A stretch of 64,000 nucleotides of DNA, from the IMG/VR virus record IMGVR_UViG_3300024308_000018, positions 1 through 64,000 of that record. One strand, written 5' to 3'. The position numbers and the translations under genes were made by a program. Under the pieces are notes generated by a model, which was given only the letters and a program-made list of their open reading frames with translations, ran no database searches and had not been told where the DNA came from. Shown here piece after piece: positions 1-11,100 of this stretch; the first letter of the stretch is position 1; each line of letters opens with the position of its first letter.

Positions 1-120
1 AGCGTCGGGGTCTTCCTCTTCAGCGTCGGGGTCTTCCTCTTCAGCGTCGGGGTCTTCCTCTTCAGCGTCGGGGTCTTCCTCTTCAGCGTCGGGGTCTTCT
101 TCAGCGTCGGGGTCTTCTTC
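1..120 (-). repeat. Coding tandem repeat (VNTR): 4 x 21 bp plus 2 x 18 bp, encoding (E)EEDPDA
   Basis: agcgtcggggtcttcctcttc at 1, 22, 43 and 64; agcgtcggggtcttcttc at 85 and 103. Unit lengths are multiples of 3 and in frame with the CDS. Confidence 0.95.
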
Positions 121-1473
121 AGTGGCCGGATCTTCCTCTTCCTCTTCCTCGTCAGCAGGTTCTTCACCGCTGGCCTTAGCTTCCCACTTCGCGACGATGG
201 CGTCCTTGTCCTCTTCGGTAGTATCCGCAGCCTTCAGAGCCTTGGCATCTTCCTTATACTCGGCACGGGCAGCGGCTTCCGCTTCCTTGTCGTCACCAGC
301 GGCTTCGATCACAGACTTCAGAGCTTCAGCCATTCGCAGGCTGATGTCTTCGGCACGCTTGCGAGCATCGAGCTTGGATTTCTCCACGTCGTTCTCTTTG
401 GTGCGCTCGGCTTTCTTGTCATCCGACTGGCGAGTGACGTCACCTTCCAGATCCTCGCCGAAGTCCTCGTCATCGTCGACGTCTTCCTCTTCCATCGCGT
501 GCTCAAGCGGCTTCATCTTGCTTGCCTTGGCATTGCGGAGATCTTCATCCTGCAATCCGGCCTTGGCGCGGCGCTCTTCTTTCTGCTGCTCGGCCTTGGC
601 GGTTTCAACGCGGGCCACTTCGGCAACCTGCTTGGCGATTTCGCTATTCTCTTTGGCGTCGAGGATGCGGCGCTGCTTCTGCTCTTCCTCGCGCTTGGCC
701 TTGGCTTCACGTTCAGCGTTACGTGCAGCAGCCTGTTGGGCACGCTCTTCCTTCTCACGCTCGTTACGTTCGCGGACACGTTGGCGCTCTTTGTTGAGCT
801 GGTACTCCTTGATCATCTCGGGAGTAACAACGGTCTGCGGCCAGCGGCCCTTCGGCATTACCGGAAGGTCGGAGGCGATGCGGTCATACTCGGCGGTGGT
901 TACCGTTTCGTACAGGCCGTTGAGGTCGACGATCTTACCGCCCTGTGACGGACGGCCGAAGCGCATACCGATCTTATCGCCACGGCGCAGCTTGATAGGG
1001 CGCTTGTTGGTTTGAATCAGGTACTCGGGATCGCGAACAATGCGCCACTGATAGTTAGTGGTATCGACACCGAACGCTTCAGTGCCATCCCGACCGAATG
1101 CCTCGTTGCGCACAGCGCCCAGCGGTTTGAAGCGGTCGGAATCAAACTTCTGAGTAGCGGCGTCGTCGAGGATTTCTTTGGTCTTGGCAGTGGGCTGATC
1201 GCCTTGCAGGATAACGCGCTTGATGCGCTTGCCTGTGCTCGCAATCTTGTTGGCGCGCTGCTTGGTGATCTTGAACAGTTTCTTCGGCGCGTCCTCGGTT
1301 ACGATGTAGTAATCCTTGGAACGTGCAACGGGGCGGATGCCAACCCGCGTCCCTTCTTTGACTTGCGCCCGAGCAGTACCGCCAGTGACAGTGAAGGTGC
1401 TGCCCTTGTAGATGTACCACTCGAAATCTTGCTGCGCAGAAGTCGAGGCAATAGAGCTAATCGACAGTTGCAT
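1..1473 (-). CDS. Putative internal head/scaffold-like protein (3' end outside window): SxSA-tagged N-terminus, two small beta-rich repeats, coiled coil, acidic tail
   Basis: Absent from the ORF track because it runs off the edge. Read by hand from ATG at 1473 (preceded by AGGA): MQLSISSIASTSAQQDFEWYIYKG..., open to position 1. Contains an E/R/K-rich coiled coil and EEEDPDA repeats. The + strand ORF 122..1015 is its Ser-rich shadow. Confidence 0.85.
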   Translation of the reverse strand, partial: MQLSISSIASTSAQQDFEWYIYKGSTFTVTGGTARAQVKEGTRVGIRPVARSKDYYIVTEDAPKKLFKITKQRANKIASTGKRIKRVILQGDQPTAKTKEILDDAATQKFDSDRFKPLGAVRNEAFGRDGTEAFGVDTTNYQWRIVRDPEYLIQTNKRPIKLRRGDKIGMRFGRPSQGGKIVDLNGLYETVTTAEYDRIASDLPVMPKGRWPQTVVTPEMIKEYQLNKERQRVRERNEREKEERAQQAAARNAEREAKAKREEEQKQRRILDAKENSEIAKQVAEVARVETAKAEQQKEERRAKAGLQDEDLRNAKASKMKPLEHAMEEEDVDDDEDFGEDLEGDVTRQSDDKKAERTKENDVEKSKLDARKRAEDISLRMAEALKSVIEAAGDDKEAEAAARAEYKEDAKALKAADTTEEDKDAIVAKWEAKASGEEPADEEEEEEDPATEEDPDAEEDPDAEEEDPDAEEEDPDAEEEDPDAEEEDPDA

Positions 1474-1505
1474 ACTTGGATCCTAATGTTGAATTCAACA
1501 ACGTT

Positions 1506-1513
1506 GTTTACAG
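1506..1513 (-). promoter_or_regulatory. CTGTAAAC putative phage promoter element
   Basis: Intergenic, about 30 nt upstream of ATG 1473. The same motif recurs upstream of several other genes. Confidence 0.6.
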
Positions 1514-1524
1514 TATGGTGGCGG

Positions 1525-4500
1525 TTACCCGCCACTCAAATACCCATAAGGGGGACATTCAACGCACATGTTGACGCACAGATCTGGGGTAGCCCAGTAC
1601 CACTGACCCGTAGGCAGCTGACGCGCAACAACGTCGGACGGTTCCATCTTCCACACGCGCACCGCATTCTGCAACGCCTCCACTTCAGTCGCGAAGTATC
1701 CACGGTCAAGCAAGTCCGGATTCCCGTCGTGCGACGTTGCCAGATTGAACACAACCGTGCGGCCTTCGAACGACTGCGTTGCCGTCTGCACAAACTCACC
1801 AGTGCGGGGAGCGTGCGACGTTACGGCCGACGAAGCAGCGAATGACGAAGTGCTACCGAACCGCGAGAAGCTGTTAACGCGCACGGCCTTAGCGGGCTTC
1901 AACTCTGCGCTCTGGCTTTGCGATTCCACGTACTCAGCGGGCGCTGCGTCGACGGCTGCGGCTTTGCCGATCTGCGCGTAGTCAGCGGCGAGAGACAGCT
2001 GCCATGGTGCATACTGCACGTGCCACGTTACGCCGGGAATCGGGTCGGCCATCTCGTACAGTTTGGGGAAGACGAACGAACGCGACTCAATCTTGACGGT
2101 GCGCTTCTTCACCTGCCGATACAGAGCGCGGATCGGGATCGTGTCGGGCTGCCGGGCTTGCGCGCTACGTGCCTCAGTTCCCCAGTGCGTGAGGCCAAGA
2201 ATTTGCTTCTGCGCTGCGTTCAGTTCTAGGTACTGCTTCTTGGGCAATGGAGCGAACGTTGCATCCAACTCAAGCGTCATGGCTGTGCGGTAGACAGCAC
2301 CCGTGACATCCAATGCCTCGACGGTGTACGCTGGCTTCGGCGTTGCCCCGTTGGCGGCGAGCGATAGGCCCTCAGCTGCGCGCTGTGTTACAGCCTGCGC
2401 ATCCAGCCCCAGTGCGGCAGCGCGTTGTGCGCGAACCTCTGCGTACTTCGCGCTCTTGGTTTCCGCACGATTACGCTTCATGTGAGTGAAATTAGAGGAT
2501 TCAACATCGACATGTTGCATTTGGCGGAATTTCGGAGCCGACGGCGCATGGCTGTGTGCCGCATGCACGTTCGAGACGATTTGGAAATCGAGATCGTTGA
2601 ACGTCCGTACCTCCTGCCGCTTGGTGTGTTGCGCAGTAGAGCGCTCGACACTGCTGACAGTGAACTCGTTGTGGTCAAATGTCGGAGTCCGGATACCACC
2701 ATTCGTAGGCACCGCGTTGCGCTGGAACCCAACCCCTGCATAAGAGGACGAATCTGGGCGCGTGAACGACTGGTGCTTGCGGAGCGGATACAGCACAAAA
2801 GTGCTCGGCTCATGTTCAACGATTGGGGTGCGTGGGATAGTGAGCAGCGAATCGACGGGCAACACGATGTCGCGTGCCGGAACTTTCAGGAGCTGCTGTT
2901 TCTCCAACTTGATGGCGGTGACAATCGGGTCATAGTGCCAGCGGGCAACTACATCGCCGAAATCCAAAGTGCGACCGTCAGCGAACGGAATAGCGCGGTA
3001 GGTCAGTGGCTGATCAAGGTCAAACTCAACCTCTTCCTCTGCCCTGTTGAATCCGCGAGCATCGGTATCTGCTGGCAGTGCATCGCCATCGACGGAAACC
3101 CACACACCAGCCGGAGTGCGCGCCACGGCGTAGAATCCCTCGGGTATTGCATCGAAGGGGAACGCTGGCGACGTGCCGATAACGTAACGCGCTGCCGCAT
3201 CAGTTACAGGCTCGGCATCGAGGAAGTGGTCATCCGCCCAGATACGAAGCACGTGATCGGTGCGCCCGAACTTGTACGGGATTTCGTAGTGGGCGTGCTC
3301 GGTCACTTCGAACTTGATGTGAGCCGTCTGGCTGGGGCCCAACACAATGGATCGCAGTGGCGTATTTTGGAACTCGCCAAGATCGCTGGTCAACGTCAGG
3401 ATCACACGGCTATCATGCGTGTTCTCGATGGCACGACTGACGAACTTGCCCAGCGGCATGTACGCGCGTCCCTTGATGCCAACTGTGATCGGCTGCGCGT
3501 CCTGAATGGAGTTGAAGGTCACCCGCAGCGCGCCAGTGGTCACCCACCAGTTATCGACAAACTCGTCGCTCTGCGTAACGCGAATCGCCAAGCTCTGGCC
3601 GGGGCGAATCAGCGTACCGTCAGCAACCTCAACGCCATCGATCAGGATCACGCCATTACTGTGTACCGGAATAGCGGTGTCGTAAGCAGTAGGTGTCACG
3701 GCAACCGTGGCGCGCACTTCCTGCGGGCGGATGTTGTAGATGTCGTCGATTACGAACGTGTCGGGCAGCTCGTCGGGAATCATCGGTTCGTCGAGGGCAT
3801 TGCGGCCAACGGCAATGACGAACAGGTTGTCGCGAATGCTGTTGGTATCGACTACGATCTTGAGCTGCTGGCCGTTGCGTGCGCTGACCGTTGGTGCGTC
3901 ATTGACGGTAACTGTCGCGTTAGACCCTTCAGGCAGCGCGAGCGGGAACGCCTCGTTGGCGTCACCCACAACGTCCACCCACAACGTCATCCAGTTGCCA
4001 GCGGTTTCCTTCTTGGCAATCGTCAGGGTGGTGGCGTGCTTGCTGCTGTCAGTGCGCAGCGATACCACGGGAGCCATGGCACAAACAGCATGCGCAACGT
4101 TGTTGAGGTAGATGATGCCCAACAGCGTGCGACCATCCGGCAGATTGCCCGTCAGCGTTCCGGCCTCGTAGCGCTTACCGTCCGTGCTCAGGTACTTGCC
4201 AGACGCTGGGTAGAGCAGCTGGCCTGCACACGCGTCGTAGGAGACGGCAATCGACGTGGTGTCAGTCAGCAGCTTGCGATAAGCGCCGTGCATGAACCCA
4301 GTATCGGTTAAGCCGAGACCAGTATACGACTCGCCAGCAAACGTGGGAGTCAGTTCAGTGCCGTAGGTGAACGCGTTGTCGGTTACGGCATCGCTGACGC
4401 AGTAGACGCGGCTGGCATCTTGCGGATCGGGCTGCACACGTGTCCACGTGCGAGTTGAATCCAACAGGGTGACCGCACTTGGCGCATAGCTGGCCCCAAG

Positions 4501-5208
4501 AGCAACACGTTTCAGGCTACCATCGTCGGCAACAAACACGAACCCGGTGGCGATGCCGTTGGTGTAAGTGAATGCGCCGTTGCGTACCCCAACACCGATG
4601 TCGTGTGGCGCTAGGGGATTGAAGCTGTGGTCGTAGCGATGGAGGCGGCCCGCGACGTCAACGAACAAATGCGCACGCTGATCACTAGAGTTACGGGAGA
4701 TTCCGGTCGCGACTGTTACTTCACCGATATTGATGGAGCGGCCGACCGTGGGGACAGTCAGTGTTGAATTCGAGCGCAGGGCCCAAACGCGCTTGCCCGC
4801 AGCGTCTGGGACGAGGATGTAATCGAGCCAAGGATCCGCAGCCGTGGCCGGAGCAGTCAGCACAGTTTCGACATTGGTAACCAAGTTGATTACACAGATG
4901 CCGCTGCTGTTCCAGTCAAGGTGGTTACCGATGCCGCGCAGTGCCGCGAGCGACCAACGGTCAGCGGTCGGGCTCAGCACGCAGTAGGTTTCGATTCGAC
5001 GCCCGCTCTCACTTACCTCAACGAGTCGGGCTTGCAGCGCACGGTTTGCTTCAATCGTAATGTTTACGTTTTGCAGCCCCGTGAGTGTCAGCTCTTTGCT
5101 GCCGTTGGGGAATGTTGCGTTGCCCGTGATCCGATACGTTTTGGTTTGACCGATTGCACCCAGCGACAGAGGTTCAATGACCGCGCCGCTCGTTGTGATG
5201 TATTTCAT
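1525..5208 (-). CDS. Large tail fibre/virion structural protein (1227 aa)
   Basis: Long ORF at the distal end of the tail operon. Beta-rich, propeller-like N-terminal half, an extended low-complexity segment, and a C-terminal CxxxCxxC...GG. Confidence 0.6.
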   Translation of the reverse strand: MKYITTSGAVIEPLSLGAIGQTKTYRITGNATFPNGSKELTLTGLQNVNITIEANRALQARLVEVSESGRRIETYCVLSPTADRWSLAALRGIGNHLDWNSSGICVINLVTNVETVLTAPATAADPWLDYILVPDAAGKRVWALRSNSTLTVPTVGRSINIGEVTVATGISRNSSDQRAHLFVDVAGRLHRYDHSFNPLAPHDIGVGVRNGAFTYTNGIATGFVFVADDGSLKRVALGASYAPSAVTLLDSTRTWTRVQPDPQDASRVYCVSDAVTDNAFTYGTELTPTFAGESYTGLGLTDTGFMHGAYRKLLTDTTSIAVSYDACAGQLLYPASGKYLSTDGKRYEAGTLTGNLPDGRTLLGIIYLNNVAHAVCAMAPVVSLRTDSSKHATTLTIAKKETAGNWMTLWVDVVGDANEAFPLALPEGSNATVTVNDAPTVSARNGQQLKIVVDTNSIRDNLFVIAVGRNALDEPMIPDELPDTFVIDDIYNIRPQEVRATVAVTPTAYDTAIPVHSNGVILIDGVEVADGTLIRPGQSLAIRVTQSDEFVDNWWVTTGALRVTFNSIQDAQPITVGIKGRAYMPLGKFVSRAIENTHDSRVILTLTSDLGEFQNTPLRSIVLGPSQTAHIKFEVTEHAHYEIPYKFGRTDHVLRIWADDHFLDAEPVTDAAARYVIGTSPAFPFDAIPEGFYAVARTPAGVWVSVDGDALPADTDARGFNRAEEEVEFDLDQPLTYRAIPFADGRTLDFGDVVARWHYDPIVTAIKLEKQQLLKVPARDIVLPVDSLLTIPRTPIVEHEPSTFVLYPLRKHQSFTRPDSSSYAGVGFQRNAVPTNGGIRTPTFDHNEFTVSSVERSTAQHTKRQEVRTFNDLDFQIVSNVHAAHSHAPSAPKFRQMQHVDVESSNFTHMKRNRAETKSAKYAEVRAQRAAALGLDAQAVTQRAAEGLSLAANGATPKPAYTVEALDVTGAVYRTAMTLELDATFAPLPKKQYLELNAAQKQILGLTHWGTEARSAQARQPDTIPIRALYRQVKKRTVKIESRSFVFPKLYEMADPIPGVTWHVQYAPWQLSLAADYAQIGKAAAVDAAPAEYVESQSQSAELKPAKAVRVNSFSRFGSTSSFAASSAVTSHAPRTGEFVQTATQSFEGRTVVFNLATSHDGNPDLLDRGYFATEVEALQNAVRVWKMEPSDVVARQLPTGQWYWATPDLCVNMCVECPPYGYLSGG

Positions 5209-5223
5209 TCAGTCACCTCGGAG

Positions 5224-5255
5224 AAAGAAAAAAGGGCAGCCCGAAGGCCGCCCTG
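5224..5255 (-). terminator. Rho-independent terminator
   Basis: Minus strand agggcggcc-TTCG-ggctgccct followed by tttttcttt. Confidence 0.85.
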
Positions 5256-5270
5256 TCTCGGGGTTGTTGC

Positions 5271-6404
5271 TTATGCCACACCGCCGCCTTCTTGCAGCAA
5301 GAACAGGCGCATGCCAGTGTTCTTCGGCCCGTTGGCGGCACAGGCGCGGTACTTGCGCAGCTTCGGAGAACCGCCGTCCATCTCGTTATATACCTGCACC
5401 TCGATAGAGATGTCGTTGGTGCTGGTATCAGCGGAACCGTAACCGATCATGTCGATCTCATACGGGTAGCTGTAACGTTGGGTGTTCAGGCCAGCAGGCA
5501 GACGGAAGTCGTAACGGCCGTTTTCGTTGAACGACACCTGCTGCAACGGGTTCATAACCGCGAACGAGTCGGGGGTATGAGTGGTCGCAGAGGTAGCCCA
5601 CGCCGGAGAGTTCATGTCGTCTTCGCGCACGGTGAAGCGCATGATACCAGACGGCCAGATGGTGTTGGCATCGGGGGCACCGCCACCAGAGCAGGAGTAC
5701 AGGCAGAACAGCGGAGCCGCGCCAGTAGTAACGACAGTGCCGTCCGGATTGATCGCGCGCTGGATACAGAACCAGTTTTGACGGCAGCCGAAATCGTCCT
5801 GCGCTTCCACGCTGGTCACAACCGCGATGCCGTGGGTGCTGACGGAGCAGAAGTAGGAGAACGGGGTTGCGGTGTAGTCAGCATTGACCAGCGGAGCAGG
5901 GCCCGCGTCATCAGCAAACTGCATGGAACCGAAAGCGTCGAAGTCCTTAGCGGTCGCACCGCCAGTCCCTTTCTTACCGCGATGGTAGAAGAAGGTGTCG
6001 CGCAGTTCGGCCGGAGTGGACGTAACCCCCATGGCCTGCTCGGGGCGATAGTTGCCGATGGTGCCCGAGTAGAGAGGCAGGCTGTAGGAAGTCGGGTTAC
6101 CGCCGACCTTCAGGGAGCCTGCTTTGGACACAGTGCCATCGTCGGTGATCTGAGTCGGAGTCGCGCAGTACATCTTCACGCTGTCCTCGGTGACCTTGAT
6201 CGCCAGACGCCACTTCTGGGTGGCTGCCAGCGGATCCATAGTGGTGGTGGCTTCGAGCACGATTGCCTCGATGGACTCACCGACTGCGGAAGCCGCGATG
6301 CCATTTTGAGAAATGACGGTCATGCCACCAGCGACAAGATCCTTGGCGATAGCTGCCCACAGTTTACGTTGATCGGTAAAACCTTGGCCTGTAGTAAATC
6401 CCAT
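5271..6404 (-). CDS. Virion structural protein, probable major fibre subunit (paralogue of 6416..7369)
   Basis: 377 aa, RBS GAGG, followed by a terminator. Shares QR..APLF, TVRE.D, QQVS, NT.R..Y..DM.GY.SAD and ANG..N.G.R motifs with the upstream gene. Confidence 0.65.
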   Translation of the reverse strand: MGFTTGQGFTDQRKLWAAIAKDLVAGGMTVISQNGIAASAVGESIEAIVLEATTTMDPLAATQKWRLAIKVTEDSVKMYCATPTQITDDGTVSKAGSLKVGGNPTSYSLPLYSGTIGNYRPEQAMGVTSTPAELRDTFFYHRGKKGTGGATAKDFDAFGSMQFADDAGPAPLVNADYTATPFSYFCSVSTHGIAVVTSVEAQDDFGCRQNWFCIQRAINPDGTVVTTGAAPLFCLYSCSGGGAPDANTIWPSGIMRFTVREDDMNSPAWATSATTHTPDSFAVMNPLQQVSFNENGRYDFRLPAGLNTQRYSYPYEIDMIGYGSADTSTNDISIEVQVYNEMDGGSPKLRKYRACAANGPKNTGMRLFLLQEGGGVA

Positions 6405-6415
6405 GATGGAACCTC

Positions 6416-7369
6416 TTAGTCAGTAGGGAACAGAACGCGGAGCCCACGGTTGTTGGCACCGTTCGCGTTCATTGCTTTATACGTGCGCTGCGGAACACCA
6501 GCGAACGCAATAGGGACGTCACTTGCGGAACTCATGATGTCAGCACTGGTGTAGCCCAGCATATCCAACATCAGAGCGTACACGTGGCGATGGGTGTTGA
6601 TCCGTTGAGGGAACGACACGACGGCGTTGTTATCTACCGTGACCGAAACCTGCTGCATCGAGTTGATGATGGGAGCAACATCGGGAGCAAAGCTGCACGC
6701 GGTTACAGCCAAAGCCGCAGCATGAATGTCGGCTTCGCGGACTGTGATGCGTTGAATCTCTTTGGCGTTGAGGACGTCGGGATCCCCAGAGCCTTCGGCA
6801 CGGAACACCGCGAACAACGGAGCAGGGCCAGCGGGAACAGCCATAGAGCTTTCCAGCACCGGACGTTGAACCACGGCCCAGCTGTAGGCTTTGCCTGTAT
6901 TGTCCAGAGCATCAGCTGCGACATGCAACGTGAATCCGTGGTCGGACGTTGAGATGAACAGGGTCAGGGGAACGGCCGTGTAATCAGCCTCTTCTGCAAT
7001 GCCCCACGCGTCGAACGACACGAAGTAGCGATTGATAAGATTGTCCACTGACAAACGTCCGGCTTCAGCGGTAGCGGTAATCTTTGCCACCTTGCCGTCG
7101 TCGGAAATCTGCGGAGTCGGAACAACATTCAGCGAGACCCAGCGGTCGAGGTCATGGCCTTCAACCACAACAGACCAAGGCTCGTTGTTGAACTTGGGAT
7201 CGATAGTAGGCCCAGCACTCAGCACAATGCGGCTGCTGTCATCGAGCACAGCGTTGGCTGCAACTCCATCGACGTTGGTCACGGTAAACCCGAGACCAGC
7301 AAGCTCGCGCGCAATGGTACGTGCAAGGCCCTGCATACCGATCACATCCTTTTTAATGACGTGAGGCAT
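6416..7369 (-). CDS. Virion structural protein (paralogue of 5271..6404)
   Basis: 317 aa, collinear motif sharing with the neighbouring gene, located in the tail operon. Confidence 0.65.
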   Translation of the reverse strand: MPHVIKKDVIGMQGLARTIARELAGLGFTVTNVDGVAANAVLDDSSRIVLSAGPTIDPKFNNEPWSVVVEGHDLDRWVSLNVVPTPQISDDGKVAKITATAEAGRLSVDNLINRYFVSFDAWGIAEEADYTAVPLTLFISTSDHGFTLHVAADALDNTGKAYSWAVVQRPVLESSMAVPAGPAPLFAVFRAEGSGDPDVLNAKEIQRITVREADIHAAALAVTACSFAPDVAPIINSMQQVSVTVDNNAVVSFPQRINTHRHVYALMLDMLGYTSADIMSSASDVPIAFAGVPQRTYKAMNANGANNRGLRVLFPTD

Positions 7370-7372
7370 CTA

Positions 7373-8188
7373 TTACTCCAAAACCAGATAGTTGATCGTT
7401 ACCGTCGGCTTGCTTGCTGCGGCACCAACGTTGGTGAAACGACAGTACAGCTGATCAGCGCTCGGCGAACGATTGACGAATACCGCGTAACGACGATGTT
7501 TGACTTTCTTGCCGTCCTGCACCGTGATGCCTTGGTCGGACATGACGTCTACCCCGCTCACAAAGCGATAGGGGTTTTCATCGTCGTAAGCAGCGGTAGA
7601 AAAGATTTGAAAGTCGATGTCTACCGCATTCAAAATTACGTCAATTAGCAGCAGAGCCCGCGACGCCTTGATAGAAAAGTCGTGCGCCTGCGAGGGCTGC
7701 AAGTAAGTTGGAGCTTCGTACTCCACAGACGAGCGCGTACCTGCTTTGTCCTGCCCACTGGTATCAATCCAAATGAGCGTTCCGTTAGCGCCAGACATCA
7801 AGGTGTAGCCAGCAGCTGGAGCGGGAGGAATCTTCTGGCTGTTGTGCAGCGAGATGATTTGCTTCTTGTCGACAGGGGTCAGGAGGATCGGCAGCTCTGC
7901 GCCAATCTTGTCTCCTGTATCCATGCCTTCAATCAACGCCCTCACGTCCTCTTCACTCATGCCCATCTTAAACTCTTCCCAGTTCGTTTTGTCTGGTTGG
8001 AGTTTGTAGATTTTGTCGTCAGCGATTACGTAAGCGAGCATCCCCACCTTCTTCGCGAACGGGTGTATCTTCGCAAGCTCGGCGAAGGTGGCCTTCACTT
8101 GAAAGCCACCCTTGACATAAATGTCCTCGACGAGAAACGGCACAGCCGTGTTCGAAGGCAGAAGGAATGCCGACATTGAAATCGGCAT
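7373..8188 (-). CDS. Putative tail fibre-associated protein
   Basis: 271 aa with RBS AGGAG. The N-terminal 'KGGF...K.GM.AYV..D.K.Y.L..D...W' module is typical of fibre proteins; tail operon context. Confidence 0.5.
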   Translation of the reverse strand: MPISMSAFLLPSNTAVPFLVEDIYVKGGFQVKATFAELAKIHPFAKKVGMLAYVIADDKIYKLQPDKTNWEEFKMGMSEEDVRALIEGMDTGDKIGAELPILLTPVDKKQIISLHNSQKIPPAPAAGYTLMSGANGTLIWIDTSGQDKAGTRSSVEYEAPTYLQPSQAHDFSIKASRALLLIDVILNAVDIDFQIFSTAAYDDENPYRFVSGVDVMSDQGITVQDGKKVKHRRYAVFVNRSPSADQLYCRFTNVGAAASKPTVTINYLVLE

Positions 8189-8199
8189 ACGCTTTCTCC

Positions 8200-11100
8200 T
8201 TATGGGTTACCAGACATCGGATCGGTTGCGTGGTACTGGAACTCGTAGGTGTATTCCATCTGGTTGAACGGGAAGTCGTTACGATACACCACGTAGTCGA
8301 CGCCATCGATCTTCCCTTCCCACGGGCCAGTAAAGTCCCATGCGTCCGGATAATCTTTCGCGCCATCCCACGAACCAGCGAAGCCGTACTGACCGCCCAC
8401 CGCAACGAAGCCCGGCTTGCCGTCAATAGAAGTTACGGAACGCACATATGCGTAACCGCACTTGGCTTTCGGCATCGCGAAGTATCCCCACTTGTCGTTA
8501 TCTTGGGTAGAAGAGAACGCAGGCATGTAGATACGGTCAGACACGGTGCCCGTGAGTTCTTGCGTCAGGCTATCGAGGAAAGCCTTGTTGAACCCAGAGG
8601 GACTGTTGACCCGCGAGACAATGCCGAACTTGATCTTGGATTCCCCAATGGGAGGAACGCTGGTGTCGGTGATAGTCACAGTCTTGGTCGCCGTCTTGGT
8701 AACGCCGCCCTCAGTGTACGAGGCGGTGATTACGATGTTGGTGTTGGCCGCTACTGCCGGAGTGGTCAGGATGCCAGACGAAGAGATCGACACACCAGTC
8801 AGGCCGCCCGCGTTGCTAATGCTCCACGTGGGGTTGACGTTCTTGGTGCTGTTGTCGCTCATGGTGGCAACGCAGGTGTAAGTTGCGGTGGCCGTACTCT
8901 CGGCGGCAGTGTTCGGGCCCTGAATCACGATGGAGCTGAGAACAAGCGGCACGTTCTTGATCACGATGTCCTTGTCCGCAGTCCAGCTCTTGCCTTCGGC
9001 GGTTACCGTACCACGAATGGTCAGCGGCACATCCGCAGAAACCTGACTCGCCGTTACAACGTTGCCGCTGATGGTGGCGTTACTGGTCGGCGTCACGAAC
9101 GTGAGCGCGGGCGTACTGAAGAGGGATTTGGATCCGTCTTCGAGCGTGGCTTCCATGGTGTAGGTGCCCGTCTGACCTTCGGTAATCTGTGCAGGGCCCA
9201 ACAGTGCGACCGACACAATATTGCCGAGGTTGACGATGTTCACGTTCAGCGTAGCAGTGAACGCTTGGCCCGCCTTCACGGCCTTCAGCTCAATGACGAC
9301 CGGAGTGTTCGCCAGAACTTTCGGCCAAGTCGCGAGACCAGCAGCCGAGATGGTGCCGACGCCAGACTTGATTGTCCACGAAGTGATGGAGTCGGGAGCA
9401 ACTTTGCTGCCGTCACTCATGGTAATCTGAGCGCTGTACTGCGACGTGGTGTTCTCGTTGGCAGTAGTCGGGCCGAGAATCTGCATGGACGCAGGCAACA
9501 CCGCACGATCCTTGATGGTTACGTCGATGGTATCGGACTTCACGATGCCGCCGATGTTCGCACGCAGCGAAATGGTGACCAGAGTGTCCTGAGTTACCTG
9601 CTGCGCGACCAGCATACCGACGTTGGAGATAGTGCTAGTGCCCGTTACCTGCCACTGCTCCATTTCACCGGGAGCTACACCACGCACGCTACCGTCAGAG
9701 AAGTAGGCGTCCGCTTGGTACTGCGTCGAGCTGCCTTCGTCTACGGAAGTCGCGCCCGTGATCACAATGCTTTCCAGCGTGATGATCACTTCGTTCTTGA
9801 CCATGAGGTCAAGGTGGCCTTGGATTGCGTAGCCCGCAACAGTCGCCTTACAGGTGACGGTGTTAGGAGTATCAATCGTTACCTCGGGCGCAGTGAACAC
9901 GCCGGACGCACCGGATGCCGCGATGCTGCCGACCAGAGTTTCCCAGCCAGTGAGTTCCGCAACCTTCAGGTCTTCCTTGCTGCCGTCGCTGTAGACAACT
10001 TTGGCAGTGTAGGTCGAACTGGTCTTCTCTTGTACCAGAGTAGCACCCAGAACTTGAATGGATTCCGGAATACGCTCGGGCGGGTTGCTCACGTTGCGCA
10101 GCGTGATATTCTTGGTTGCGGTGACCGTCACACCATTGACCATTTTGGTGGCCGTCAGGATTGCAGCTTCATCGGCAGCGACTTCGGCGGCTGCGACCTT
10201 GTTGCCAGTCACGGTGCCTTTCGGGTTGTCACACTTGAAGGAATCGACCGTGGTCTGTTCCTGTGTGCCGTCGTTGTACGCTACGTAGAACGCGTAAGCC
10301 TGTTCGGTGTGCTCGTCGATAACCGCAGCACCTTGGATGGTGAGGGTCACTGGCTTGAACTGGCGAATCAGCACGTCGTGGGTATCGGTCAGGCCGTCTT
10401 TCACGGCGGACAGAGTTACCACGGTGTCTTGGGTTACGCGCTTCGCAACACCGACGAACCCGTTGAGGGCCAGCGCATCGTTGTTGTTCGATGCGAACGT
10501 ATCGGGAATCAGAGCCGCGCTGCTGCCGTCGCTGTAGTGGCCGACGACGCCGAACGTGGTTTGATCCGCAGGCATCATCTCGGTGACACCGACGATCTCG
10601 ATACTGACCAGCGTGACGACGGTGGACTTAACGATGATGCGCAGCAGGTACTCGGCTTCTACCCACTTGTTGAACACGACGTCGCGCAACTTAACCTTGA
10701 CGGTCAGGTCGGTGTCGAACTGCAACTTCGGACAGGTGACAACGCCAGTAGCCGGATCGATGGTCACGCCAACGGTGTTCTGCTGAATGCTCCACACCAG
10801 ACCCTCGGGGTCAACTTCGGTGCGGTCAGTCCAGATAGCCGTGCCGATCAGATCCATCGTGCCGTTGTCGTTCATGTACGACGCGTTGCCCGGCAGGCTG
10901 ATGATTACGCGTTCGAGGCGCGGGCTTACCCAGTCGATGTGCTCGATGGTGGGCTTGCCCCAGCGTGCGTAATACACGTTGCGGTCGGTGGGATGGGCGC
11001 GAACCAGATACAGGATGTCACCAGCAGCCGGGGCGTTGCCCTCGATGATTGCGTAGTGAGTGGCGCTGATCTTTACCAGCTTGCGCGGGTAGTCCGGGTG

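Noticed and set aside
1-120. Direct repeats as a CRISPR array
   Set aside because: The units are head-to-tail with no spacers and encode in-frame EEEDPDA.
8165-8188. MPISMSA as a capsid tag
   Set aside because: It matches the pattern but the gene sits in the tail fibre operon, so it was not counted as support. It remains a possible counter-example to the motif's specificity.
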